Under the pieces are notes generated by a model that saw nothing but the letters and a program-made list of their open reading frames with translations, had not been told where the DNA came from and did not search any database. From Azolla caroliniana (taxonomy: Eukaryota; Plantae; Polypodiophyta), in NCBI GenBank assembly GCA_043228905.1, contig JBHGNT010000003.1, positions 7,254,001-7,318,000 of the forward strand: a stretch of 64,000 bases of DNA. Direction: 5' to 3'. Position 1 is the stretch's first letter, and every line of letters starts with the position of its first letter. Position numbers and translations under genes: made by a program. This document shows positions 11,581 through 23,330 of the stretch, in pieces.

Positions 11581-12535
11581 GGGATGGCCTCTCCTTGGGT
11601 TGAGCCTTGGAATACTACTGGCAGGCTCTTGTAATGTATGGTGTACTGGAATGTATGGTAAAACCAAGGGAACCTGGTACCTCTCTCTTTGGTGTATGTG
11701 CTAGGAATGAGAAGGAACAGAACAGGATACCACATTCCTTCAATTGCCTTTCCTTGGCTTGGAATTCTGGCATGCTCTTGTAAAAATGTATGTTGTATTG
11801 GAATGTATGGGAAACCAAGGGAACCTGGTACCACTCTCTTGATGTATGGGCAAGGAAAGAAAAGGAACAGGATACCACTTTACTGCGATTGCCTTTGCTT
11901 GGCCTGGAATTCTGGTATGCTCTTGTAATGTATGTTCTACTGGCATATATGGGTTTGCTAGGACATCGAGGGAATGTGATACCACTCTCTATGGTGTAAA
12001 CAAAACATTCCCCAGTCTCGACTGTTGGACATGCCATATAGCAAGTAACAGAACTAGCATCATCCATTGTGTGTGTACTAGGGACACATGATGTTACATC
12101 TGTACGAAAACACAACTTTGGAGTTGTGGATGGATCTCCAAATTCGGATCAAAATACAATGCGTGAATGAAATTCTGGTACATTTCTTGTAATGTATGTT
12201 GGTAATGGCATTGATGGGTTAGGGAAGAAAGAGAACTCAATACTACTCTCCTATCATGTGCTGTTCCCAACCTCAGATTCTTGTGAGCCCTCAGAATGTA
12301 TTTTGTACCTTCATATCTGGGTTATGAAACAAAGGGAACATGAGACTGGTCCCCTCATACGGCCTTTTCTCAAACCGAAACACTGGCCCGTTCTTATAAT
12401 GTATCTTGATATTGTTCCTGTATGGTTTATTCTGAAACAAAGGGAACACGATGCTATTGTAATGGTTCTTTCTTTATACTGCAGTTGATGGGTTAGGAAG
12501 CCTATGGAACATGCTACTACCATTCTCCACTAGTA
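11530..12535. repeat. ~150-bp degenerate tandem repeat array
   Basis: 'aaaccaagggaacctggtacc' at 11661 and 11812; 'ggaattctgg..tgctcttgta' recurs; more diverged units run to ~12535. Confidence 0.65.
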
Positions 12536-12999
12536 TGTCCTTTTCTGTCTCCAAAATCCTAGCATTTTCTCAGCTGCCTATTTCAAGCAGAAATGAAGGC
12601 CTGTAAATGTGGCAGATGACCTTTGGTTACCCTACTAGCTGCCCACTAAATTTGGATCAGCGATTCAACCGCTTTGCCCATGCGCACACTAAAATTGGTG
12701 TTTTGGCAGTGCTTCAAATCAAAGGGTACGCATAATAGTCCACCATTTCTTGATCTGCTTGTGATGGAGAGTATCATCAGCATGTTGACAGATCGGAGTG
12801 TAAACTAAATAGAGGAAACCACACCACAAGGTTAATTAGAAAATTTAGCATGAGCTGTGATACTATACCAAGCCAGTAAATTCCAATAAATTGAGTAAGC
12901 TATATTTGTTGGTGCTTCATATTGGTTATCAATGTAGTAGGATAAGGATAAGGACAAAGAGAAGGCCAATGTGGCCTCTTGTGTCATCGTTTGAGGAGC

Positions 13000-14981
13000 C
13001 TTTAGATGCAGAAGATATTATTTGTGCTACTATGGCAACAGATCATCCTGAAGTTAATGGTGCATCTGTTTTTATCCATGCACAGGATATGCAGATTACA
13101 AAGAGTGATCTAGTTAATACCTTGCTTACTCTGAATGATGGGCAATCACAAACATTGATTGTGGATTCAGGTGCATCATTTCATGTTACTCCCATTAAGG
13201 AGTGTTTTACTGCATTTCATGCAAGCAACCATGGACATGTATATCATGTAAATAACCATGCTTGTTCTATTGAAGGTATTGGCACAATGCATCTCACAGT
13301 GGGTGGTATAATGTGTTGGTTTTGCATGATGTAAGGTATGTACCATCAAGAAAAGTGTAATGTCTGTTGAACAATTGGATATGCATGGTTATATTACCCT
13401 CCTTGAGAAATGGTCATGAAAGCTTATCAAAGGCTCTAAGCTAATTGTTAAAGGTATGAAGAAAAGGGACTCTGTATTGCTTGCATGGTAAGCTTTGATG
13501 GGCAAGTTTATTGCTTTGGCTGAAATCCATTCACATAAGGAATTATGGCATAAAAAGCTTGGTCACATGAGCCAAAAAGGCCTTGATAAACTATATAACA
13601 TGGACAAGTTTGATGCTAAAGGCTCAAAACTTATTTTTGTAATGAATGCCAATATGGAAACCAAGTAAAGAACTCCTACTACTTTGGTGTCTTGTGTAAG
13701 CCTAATTTGCTTGATCAGTTCATTCTGATATTTGCAACATGCCCACCAAATCTATGGGGGTTGCTCTTTATTTTTTTTGTTTTGTTGATGACTACTCTAA
13801 GAAGCTTTGGGTATATTTGTTAATATCTAAGGATAAAGCCTTTGTTGCATCCAAGAAATTTCTTGCATTTGTGACCACTCAAACAAGTAGAAAGCTGAAA
13901 TGCTTACACACAGATAATGGGGTGAGTTTACAAGTGCTGAATTTAATAGATTGTGAAAATCCTAGTATTAAGAGGGAGCTAATAGTCCCATAAAACCCTC
14001 TTCCAATGGTGTGGTTGAAAGGTATAACAAGACTTTATGGGAGAGGGTGAGATGCATGTGGTCCACAGTTAATCTCCTCATGGATTTTGAGGAGAGGTGT
14101 TAAAAGTTGTAGTTCATATTTGCAATAGATCCCCTCATATGTCCTTAAAAGTGGCATTCCTAAAGAGGTTTGGTCTGGCAAACCAACTTAATATGGCCAC
14201 TTATGCATCTTTGGTTGTGCTGGTTTTGTGCATATAAGGCCTGAGTTGAGAAGCAAGTTAGATGCAAAGTTCATGAAAGGAATTTTTATGGGTTATGGAG
14301 ATGAAGGTGAAATGGGTTACAGAATTTGGCTACCACAATTCAAGAAGGTAATACATAGCCGAGATGTATTTAATGAGGCAAGTTTGGTAAAAAATGATTG
14401 TGAAGTGTGAGCATAAAAGAGTCAAATTTCAGAATGTGCAACCAAAAGTTAAATATGATATGAACCCTCGGGATGCACCAAGTTTGGTTGGAAATAATAA
14501 TGAGCCACTGGTTATTTAGCCAGATGATGTTGGATAACAAAATGATGCTTCTGATGGGCATATGCAACCACCTATTCATGATGAAACAAGGTTGGAAATG
14601 ATGTACAACAACCCATTAACGATGAAGATGTCAATGTACCGTGTGATGTAGATCCATTACCGAATAATGGGGATCATTGGGTAAGATCTACATGTACTAG
14701 GTGGCAAGTGAATAGATATGACCCCTCTATACATTACATTATGTATTAGATGAGGGCGAGCCTCTTACTTATAAAGAGGCAAAACTATGTCAGCACAAGA
14801 AGAAAAGTGGGAGTTAGCCATGCAGGATGAGATAAACGCCTTGCATGCAAATAATACTTGGGATTTGGTTAAGTTGCCCAAAGGTTGGAAGGCCATTCCA
14901 AACAAATGGGTATACAAAATCAAAACTGTTGATGGCAAACCCAAGTATAAGGCAAGGTTGGTTGCTAAGGGATATGCCTAA
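13000..14981 (+). mobile_element. Old degenerate Ty1/Copia pol fragment (PR-INT-start of RT)
   Basis: IVDSGASFHVT, LWHKKLGHMS, FVDDYS, SKLDAK..GIFMGY, NTWDLVKLP..KWVYK..YKARLVAKG; many stops. Confidence 0.85.
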
Positions 14982-14984
14982 ATC

Positions 14985-15550
14985 ACATCTCTTTCAAGCA
15001 CCACCCCCCTTTGCAAAGCCACTTTTGATTGCGCGGAATATCTCTCATAAGAATTTTAGCTTTATAAGCCTCCAAGTAGTGAGAAACATCCTTTCTAATA
15101 AACTCACGAAATGTTCCAATGACCATTTATATGGCTTTATTCAGCTTGTCCACGTCCTCTCTTTGCCGCATCAACCAATCCATCTCCATGACCATCATGG
15201 TTGCAAAGTCTTCTCTTTGCATCTTTCCCCTCCCGCGCTGCTCTTTGTTTTTGGGTTCACCAAATACGACGCGTAAACATGTGTGTGCGTGTGTACTTGG
15301 TAGGACCGCAAAATAAGACTTAAGAACCCCCTTTATGGTTTTCCTCTTGTAAACTCCCCATTCATGTGAATTGGCAACCTTAGGATCTATGAGAAGTTTA
15401 TTCTACTTAATGCTCATTTGAGCTGAAAGCTCGTAGAATCAGAGGCTCCCTAGGATCGGGGGCTCTCTAGGGTTGGGAAGTCCTTCGAGTGGGGGGCTCC
15501 TTGGAGTTGGGAGGTTCCTTTGAATCAGAGGTTTGTTTGTGGGTGACACA
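14985..15550 (-). mobile_element. Degenerate Gypsy fragment (LTR end, tRNA-Trp-type PBS remnant, gag start) related to the element at 55061
   Basis: Minus-strand TGGTGAACCC at 15253-15262; translation MQREDF..LNKAI*MVIG..KDVSHYLEAY resembles MRGGEF..LDRAIETVVS..RDITTYLE at 57095. Confidence 0.65.
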
Positions 15551-16243
15551 ATTTTACCTTTCTCTCTACCCTCAACACGGCAATGCTTAAGATATTAATA
15601 CAAGATTAGGGATATTTGCACAAGTTACCCAATTTTTTAGCTAGTTGAAATTTAAGCTCGATAAGTTGGGTGTCTTTTGTTCGTCTTCTTATCAAAGTAG
15701 CTTTATGTACTCTTCGACATGTTTTTCCACGATGTGGTTTGGATACTTTACGAGATGGGCAAGTAAGCCCTCAGTTGTCCTTTGGTAGGTATTCTCATTA
15801 CTTCATCCCCCTCAGAAGTGAGTGATAGAATAGGAAAGGTGGGTTGAGATGATTTGTTCGATTGTGTCTTTCGTAGCTTCCTTTTCTTGCATACTGCGGT
15901 CTACGTCCCTTGCGCATGTTGTTTTAATTTGTGAGCTATTCGTTGGGCACATGTGATCGCATTTGCCTCTATTATCGAGAGAGTATGATAGAGAAGAGGT
16001 CTGTACTGAATCTCTTAAATTTTCTTCTTTTATCGAGGGTACGATAGAGAAGAGGTATGTACCGAATCTCTTCAATTTTCTTCTTCCGACAATTGGGCAC
16101 TAGATGTTCTCGCCCGTAGTAGCTAGGACATGAGGCTTCACGATGGAACCATGCAATTAGTTTGTTGTGCCTACCAGACGGAGGAGATAAAAGGTCTTGC
16201 GAGCAAAGACAGGTTGTTTTGATGGTAAAAAGGAATCATTAAT

Positions 16244-16248
16244 AAAAA
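16244..16248 (-). terminator. Pol III oligo-T terminator of U3 copy 2
   Basis: T5 on the minus strand just past the terminal stem. Confidence 0.65.
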
Positions 16249-16256
16249 TGAATGGA

Positions 16257-16497
16257 ACTCGTCAGATCGCTCATCTGCCTTCACTGCAGGTGGGAATTAT
16301 TCACGCTGCAGGACGGTCATCAACAGCCTCTTCTTCTTCCTCTGATGAGGAGGAGGAAGGAGAGATTTGAGTGTATTCGCGCTCTGGCAGATGGAGCACA
16401 TACTTCATCTTCCGAGTAGTGCAGGCATTGTCTGAGCAGAGAATTGCTCACACAAGAGGTACGAACTGTAGAACAGATCCTGTTCAAGTATAGTCAT
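16257..16497 (-). ncRNA. U3: U3 small nucleolar RNA (copy 2, variant)
   Basis: Reverse complement of 11076-11316 with 2 substitutions and 3 small indels; boxes A', C', B, C and D retained; box A reads TTCTACAG. Confidence 0.92.
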
Positions 16498-16521
16498 GAT
16501 GGGATAGCCCTCCCCATGGCT

Positions 16522-16564
16522 TATATAAAAGCTTCAGTTTTATGATTGCCTTTATATGTGGGAC
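16522..16564 (-). promoter_or_regulatory. USE + TATA promoter of U3 copy 2 (Pol III spacing)
   Basis: Minus-strand GTCCCACATAT 16554-16564 and TTTATATA 16522-16529; 24-bp spacer. Confidence 0.9.
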
Positions 16565-17249
16565 ATTAAACCCACAGCATCTTCAAGAAAATCGATCAAG
16601 TAGAATGGTGTGTATGTACATATGTGCCTTGTGGAACTTGTTAAGTTGTGGGGGGAAACCTTCACACACACACACACACATACATACATACATCTTTTCA
16701 GCCCTATGTGTGTGTGTAAGTAGAACCTACTACACCGACTGTGTCTATCCCAAGCGTATGTCAAGCACTCATACCGATCAATTGCATAACTTAGCTCTAA
16801 TGAAGTGAAACAAGATGGGTGTATTCACGTGGGTTGCTTGTACAACGAGTGCCTTTTCATATTCATGCCAAGCCTGACATGAATCTAGTTCTCCAATATG
16901 CAAGTGGGGTTCCCACCCACAAACCACTTTCCATGTTGTTTCACCTCCTGAGAGAGATTTGTTGTCAAAGTGCAACAGGTGTATTAGTGTATGATAAGTT
17001 CTCACTAGTTGGTTTCTCTCCAACATTTATTTTGTTAGTGTGGTCTTGGGGGAATGGTCATTCCTCGAGTTGCCTAAAATTGAGGTTTGGTTTGTTGGGT
17101 TCCTATTTCTTTTCTTCATGTCAAAGTGGAGTGGTGTACTCTTGAAACCACTCCTAGGCAGGTAGGCAATGCCTCATTTTGTTTGTTGATGGATTCTCTG
17201 GCGATTTTGTCATCTTGAACTAGGCGTAAGACTAAGGTAATGTGGTATG

Positions 17250-17600
17250 ATTTAACTATCCGTCCTTCTCCTGTTTCTATCTTTCCATTGGTATCTGGAA
17301 TATACGTTGTTGTTAGTGAGAATTGAGCACAAATTTTCTCAAAGAACTCCCGAGCTTCACCATAGTTTAGCTCTATTCTATATTGTCTACTTTTTTCTTG
17401 ATACAACCATATTTGCAAACTATTTCTTCTAAAATAAACTAGCATACAACCAACTCTTAGAAGTTGTTTGGATATTAATGAACACCTTTTTCGCAAGCTC
17501 ACAAGCCAACGTTTGAACATTCTAGAAACATTTCCCACCCTCATCTCATGAACATTGATTATTGAGGAAATATAGTCCTTTCTTACCAACATTTCAAAAA
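17250..17600 (-). mobile_element. Degenerate Gypsy integrase fragment
   Basis: GEAREFF..SLTTTYIPDTNGKIETG resembles ..YNPEVNGKVERG of the Gypsy at ~51300. Confidence 0.55.
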
Positions 17601-20253
17601 GAGATACATTTCAGAAAAAGAAGTGACCAATTGTGAGACAAACACGAGACCCATGCACTCTAATAACTAGCATATGGAGGAGGATCATGACAAATGGTAA
17701 TCACTTATCTTTAATGCACATCATATTATGAGGATTCAAAAGAAAAAAGTGAATGAATTTACTGGCAATCAACACCATGATGATGATCCTAACAACATTG
17801 AAAGTTTACACCAACATTGAACACCTTACGTCTTGGAGAACTAGAGAATGACTTTTACTAGAAATGGTTAGCAAGAACAATGATGATGATCACACAAAGT
17901 GCTTGTGAGCATGAGGTGAATGAAATGGAAGGATGTGCATTTGACAAAAAAGATCAAGAGAGTTCATGTAACAAACTAAAGAAAAAAAAGGGTTTGTCAA
18001 AAGGAATCTTTCTAAAAACAATAAGTTGGTTTGATATCGCTTGATGACTTTGTAATTTCGACAACAACGCGAAACTAACTCTCCTCCAAACCATAACTCA
18101 TTAACCCTCGTGTACATATACAACAATGACACCACAAAACTAACTCTCCTCCTAACCACCCCTAATTAGCCTTTTATACGTGTACAATTGTCATGTTGAA
18201 ACAACCATAGTGGTAACATAAAGAATGGTAATTGTTGAATACACCTAGATTGTCCTTCTCAAAGACTCCTTGAATGTTTAATGTCTAAATATGATTGGAT
18301 AATCTCAATTAAATGCATAATGGGAATATTAGAGAAGGAAAGTTAATAAATAAGTAATATGATAACCATTATTTTGATGACAATAATGTTGATTTTAACA
18401 TTGTCATCATGTTAACCTTTTGTAATTAGGGTATTGGATTCATGAAACAACTTATTCTTTCACCTAATAGGATGATTTTATATCAAGGATCAAAATCCTA
18501 AACATAGTTTTGTGTCTAGTATAGTATTTGGTGATAGGTCCCTCGTTTGCAAGGGACATGGCTTTGTTTGTACCAACTTTTTAATGAAATATCCCTAGTG
18601 TGATTTGTTCTTGGTTCCAATTGCATCAAGGCCCACTCTTTGGTTTCCATTCCATCACATATGACCACTTTTCATCTTACTTTCATACCCTACTTGCAAT
18701 AGGTTGCAAATAAAAGATGTCATTGTTACTCATTATGATGTTATTGCAAGTGTCCATATGTGTCCTACAACATTTTCCAAAAGTTAATGGTACAAATTTA
18801 CGTGACCAAATATGTTAGCCCTCAAAGCTATACTCGAGTTTTCTTTTAACGCCATCCACCTAAGATGGTAGCGGTATTGCTACAAATTTTGTATGCCTTA
18901 AAACATTAATATTTATGAGCTTAAAGTTTTAAACTATAGACAGCTCCATATCGTTAATGTTTTTAAGAAGGCAAAGGGATCCTCAACATAAAGTTCAAGA
19001 GGATCCTTCACATGAGATTCCATTGGTGTTATTGATCAAGTAATTAATTACCTTTGCAAATGTATTGGTATTGTTATAATGATTTGGACACAAGGTTTAG
19101 TAGGCACATTTCCATCTTTTGCTACTGAATGTGACATCCCCGCATGACATTGGAATCGAACATTAAAGGTAAAATACATTGTTTACAAAAAAGAAAGGTG
19201 AAGAGAGTAGTACTAACCTGACTCCAAGAAAGTAACAAGATATTTTTGAAGGAACTCGATTTTTAATTATTATATAGGTAGCAAATAAGTATGAGCTATA
19301 CGTACATAAGGCATCACAACAACATTCTTGAATATTCTTATTGTTCGCTTCGATCGTATCATTTGCCCTCTATATGTTTCTTTCATCTCATTATTATATG
19401 TAGAATGATGGACACACTCGATCATGGAACTCATTCTTCGTTTACGCTATGATAACTTATGTTGATTTAATTCAAGTTAAAAGTTTTGTTGTTGCAAAAG
19501 CCGATCACCAAGACCCTCACTAACTCTAAGTAAAGTTCCAACAAACAAAAGACTTCCTAGCCTTCCACTTCTCTACCCATGATATTAATAGCCTCAAATT
19601 CTTGCTTGATTGGTTCCATTTATGATATATATTGTGGTGTGCATGTTTATGTGCATTTCACAATATGTATATATATATAGTTGCATTTTTTGTGCCAAAA
19701 AGTCCCATATACATACAATATTAGTTTGTTTTTCTTTCTCTAAGATAGTTTCAATGAATCCAAATCAAACTCATCCTTCCATCTCTTGTAAATTGAAACC
19801 AAAACTAATTCATAAATCTATGGAGAATATCAAACCCAGTCAAATTGATCTGGCTACCTAGAAACTCCATGAACATGTGAAAGCAATACCAATCAGATAA
19901 TTCAAAAGCCAGTTTTGAAACAACTAGCTTAGAGTAGTTTTTCCAAGTTTGTTTGTTTAAGGAAACTTAAATGTACAAAACTTATGAATGAAGTTTACAA
20001 AATAAAACAAAAGTGCAAATATATATAGATATATTGAAACACATAGTTGATAAAGAAATTATTTAGTGGCACTACACAAATTATATTTAATTAGTGGCTC
20101 TACAACAAATAATATCTTTTGAAGAAAATATATATATATATATATTAATAATTATGATTACCATTTTTTATTACAACAATGATAAACGATACGAGCTTTT
20201 CCTTTTTACAAATAAGGAAGAAGGAATAGGGCAGAAAAAAATTCTTTCTTTGA

Positions 20254-21810
20254 TCAAGAGATAGCAAGGCCTAGGTGAGCCAAATTAGATTGATGGTATT
20301 GAAACATTTCCTTTGGATACCATGGTTTCACGACCACACCCCCAGGCATTGGCATTGTCTGAGGATCCATCCTCGGGTTGTTGCTATTGTTCGGCAATGC
20401 CATGTTCACACTAACCGGCTTGGGATCGTCCGGGTCATGGTTCGGCCCAGTGTCCACCGACCGGATTATGTCCGGCGGTGTTGGTCCACACAATTCATCA
20501 TCCGATGTTGTTGGTGCACACAATTCATCATCATCATCATCATCATCATCTTCTTCTTCTTCATAATCATCTTCATCATCATGATTTTTATCGGATTCTT
20601 CATCGGCTTGGCTCCCGATGAGACCGTTGTCATGGACATTGTGGTGTTGGATTAGGCGCAAGCGTAGGCGGCCGTCCACGCGCTCCGCCCGGAAGAACCC
20701 GGGGCTGCTGCACGCGTCCATCTCCTTGAGCACGAACCGGCCACCCCCCTTTATCGACATGGTCACGCACGACGCGACGGGCGGCGGGAAACTCCGCACC
20801 CCACCATGTGAACCCACCCTTATGTAATTGGTGCTGCTCTTGTGATCAATCTCAAAATTTGATGATGATGATGATGATGAGTATGATGTAGATGATTCGT
20901 TCTTGGGGAGAATATTCCCATGAGGAAGATTCCATCTCTCTGATGATGATGATGATTCCTTCTTGGGAAGAATATTCCCATCAAGAAGATTCCACCTCTC
21001 TGATGATGATGATGATGTTGATGATTCCTTCTTGGCCTGAACATTCCCATGGAGAAGATTCCAGCTCGATGATGATGATGATGATGATGATTCCTTCTTG
21101 GGCAGAATATTGCCATGGACAAGATTCCAGCTTTCTAATGATGGAGAGGATGATTCCTTCTTGCCCAGGATATTCCCATGGACAAGATTCCAGCTCTCTG
21201 ATGATGATTCCTTCTTGGCCAGAATATTCTCCTGAAGAAGATTCCGGCCCTCCGATGATGATGGTTCCTTCTTGGGAGGAATATTCCCATCGAGAAGATT
21301 CCAGCTCTCTGATGATGATGATGATGATGATGATGCCTCCTTCTTGGCCAGAATATTCCCGTGGAGAAGATTCCGGCCCTCCGATGGTGACGACCCGCAG
21401 GGGCTCTTTGAACAGGATTCCTCCGCGGGAAGAATATTCCCTGGGGGGAGAAGATTCCTTCCAGATGTGGTCGCTTGTGTGGTATCAGACGAAGAAGAAA
21501 GCGGAGAAGAAACAGACGCAGGAGAAGAAGAAGACGGTGCAGAGATACTGAAGGGATCCCAGGATCCCCTGAGAGACACAGAGGCATCTTCCCAGTAGTC
21601 TTCCAAGTTCTCATCTACAGATTTGCCATGGCTACTACTGCTACTTATGTTGCTATACTGATTCTGATGATGATGAAGGATGCGGTGATGGATCTGATGA
21701 TGGTGGGGAAGAAGAGGCGGGGATCGGATGTTGCTGCTCCGATTGCAGAGCTCTGTGTAGATCCTCGTGTTGTAATAATGGCGGGGCTCATGGCGATAGG
21801 GGCCTGCCAT
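20254..21810 (-). CDS. FANTASTIC FOUR (FAF)-domain protein, intronless, 518 aa, with an internal Ser-rich tandem peptide repeat and an acidic tract
   Basis: Long uninterrupted ORF; SFPPP...GGRFVLKE...FFRAERVDGRLRLRL (about 20650-20795) matches the FAF domain signature; N-terminal YTELC resembles the FAF CTE motif; D/E tract follows the domain as in FAF proteins. Confidence 0.85.
   Translation of the reverse strand: MAGPYRHEPRHYYNTRIYTELCNRSSNIRSPPLLPHHHQIHHRILHHHQNQYSNISSSSSHGKSVDENLEDYWEDASVSLRGSWDPFSISAPSSSSPASVSSPLSSSSDTTQATTSGRNLLPPGNILPAEESCSKSPCGSSPSEGRNLLHGNILAKKEASSSSSSSSESWNLLDGNIPPKKEPSSSEGRNLLQENILAKKESSSESWNLVHGNILGKKESSSPSLESWNLVHGNILPKKESSSSSSSSSWNLLHGNVQAKKESSTSSSSSERWNLLDGNILPKKESSSSSERWNLPHGNILPKNESSTSYSSSSSSSNFEIDHKSSTNYIRVGSHGGVRSFPPPVASCVTMSIKGGGRFVLKEMDACSSPGFFRAERVDGRLRLRLIQHHNVHDNGLIGSQADEESDKNHDDEDDYEEEEDDDDDDDDELCAPTTSDDELCGPTPPDIIRSVDTGPNHDPDDPKPVSVNMALPNNSNNPRMDPQTMPMPGGVVVKPWYPKEMFQYHQSNLAHLGLAIS
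20895..21460 (-). repeat. Nine coding repeats [GSR][RW]NL[LVP]xGNILxKKE + poly-Ser
   Basis: Visible in the translation; units separated by variable (TCA)n tracts. Confidence 0.9.
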
Positions 21811-21849
21811 GGTGGGGGAGGGTTTGATGGGGGCAGATGCAGAAATTCA

Positions 21850-22065
21850 ATCAGAGAAAGAGAATCAAACGATCAATGGATCAATGAATGAATCAAACAA
21901 TCAACGAATCAATCAATGAATAAAACAATCAACGAAACAATCAATGAATCAATCAATGAATTAAACGATCAATGAATTAATCGAGCAAGGAATCAATGAA
22001 ACGGAAGAAAACCAGATCAATGAATCAATGGATGAAGGAAACAGAAGGAAAACGAGATCAGTGGA
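21850..22065. repeat. Low-complexity AATC/AATG repeat in the presumed FAF 5' UTR
   Basis: Many 'aatcaatga' units. Confidence 0.7.
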
Positions 22066-22196
22066 TGAAGAAACAGAAGAAAAGGAGAAGAAAAACAGAA
22101 AAAGAGAAAGAAGAGAGAGGAAAAAAGAAAAACCAAAAATAACGCCACCGAAATCAATGCATAAACGAGCCGATTAAGGTTTGAAATTTGTGTACA

Positions 22197-22207
22197 TATT
22201 ATATAAA
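22197..22207 (-). promoter_or_regulatory. Candidate TATA box of the FAF gene
   Basis: TTTATATAATA on the minus strand ~390 bp upstream of the ATG, followed by a pyrimidine-rich leader. Confidence 0.4.
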
Positions 22208-22404
22208 CAGTCTCACATACATACATATAAGTTATAACTGGGAGAGAGAGAGAGCGAATTTTGCTCCTTTTTGTTCGTTGTTTTTTTTGTTTGATATACT
22301 TACTCCTTACTACAAGGAAAAGCTGGCTAGTATTATTTATTAAATAGAGACTCCCCCCCCCTACCCACACATAAACAAACACACACAAATTCTCGCCCTT
22401 CCAA

Positions 22405-22777
22405 TATGTGTGGATCACTACTAACCCATCTATGTGTCTCCATGTCCATCTATCAATATATGTATAGCCATGTGTGTGTGTGTGTGTGTGTGTGTGCCTC
22501 GATGTCTATCTACCAATGTGTGCGCGCGCGTGTGTGTGTGTCACTCTCGATGTATATCCATCTATGTGTGTGTGGGTGTTTGTCTCTTTGTCTATGTCTC
22601 TCTTGATGTATATCCGTGTGTGTGTGTGTGCGTGCTCGTGTGTGTGTCTATGCCTCTCTTGATGTATATCCGTGTGTGTGTGTGTGTGCATGCTCGTGTG
22701 TGTGTCTATGCCTCTCTTGATGTATATCCATCTATGTGTGTGTCTGTGTGTCGATGAGTATCCATTATCCATGTACA

Positions 22778-22808
<31 letters not shown>

Positions 22809-23330
22809 AACAGTGGGTTTATGTCTATCCATCTATGTGTGTGTGTGCGTATGTGGGTGTGCCGATGAATATCCATTATCCACGTACATGTATCTGTGTG
22901 TGTGTGTCCATGAATATCCATTATCCATGTACATGTATGTGTTCGTGCATGTGTGCCTTGATGTCTATATATCGATATGTGTGTGTGTGTGTGTATCGAT
23001 GTATTTACACAATCTGTCTCTATAGCAAGGTCGATTGGAAAAATAGGGGTAACAGACCATGGTGCAGTATAAAATCCCAAAGGGACAATGTATCTGAATG
23101 GATATCCATCAATGTGTGTGTTTGTGTGTCAATGTATATATATCCATCCAATGTGTGTATATGTATCAATGTATATCCATCAATGTATGTGCACATGTGT
23201 GTTAATGTATATCCATCTACGTGTGCGTGCGTGCATGTGTCTATCCATCAATGTGTATGTGTGTATGTGTATATATGTGTGTTTGTGCATGCATGTGTGC
23301 CTTGATGTCTATCTACTGATACGTGTGTAA
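22405..23330. repeat. (TG)n-rich compound micro/minisatellite
   Basis: TG runs separated by recurring 'gatgtatatccatcta' spacers. Confidence 0.9.

Noticed and set aside
10515-17245. DNA transposon with long TIRs or a DIRS-like element
   Set aside because: The inverted arms are U3 genes plus flanks; conservation is highest internally rather than at the termini; no transposase or recombinase and no TSD seen
20892-21551. 219-aa poly-Met ORF on the + strand
   Set aside because: Antisense shadow of the (TCA)n poly-Ser repeats of the FAF gene
22406-23330. Cys/Val- and His/Thr-rich ORFs
   Set aside because: Translations of (TG)n/(CA)n microsatellite
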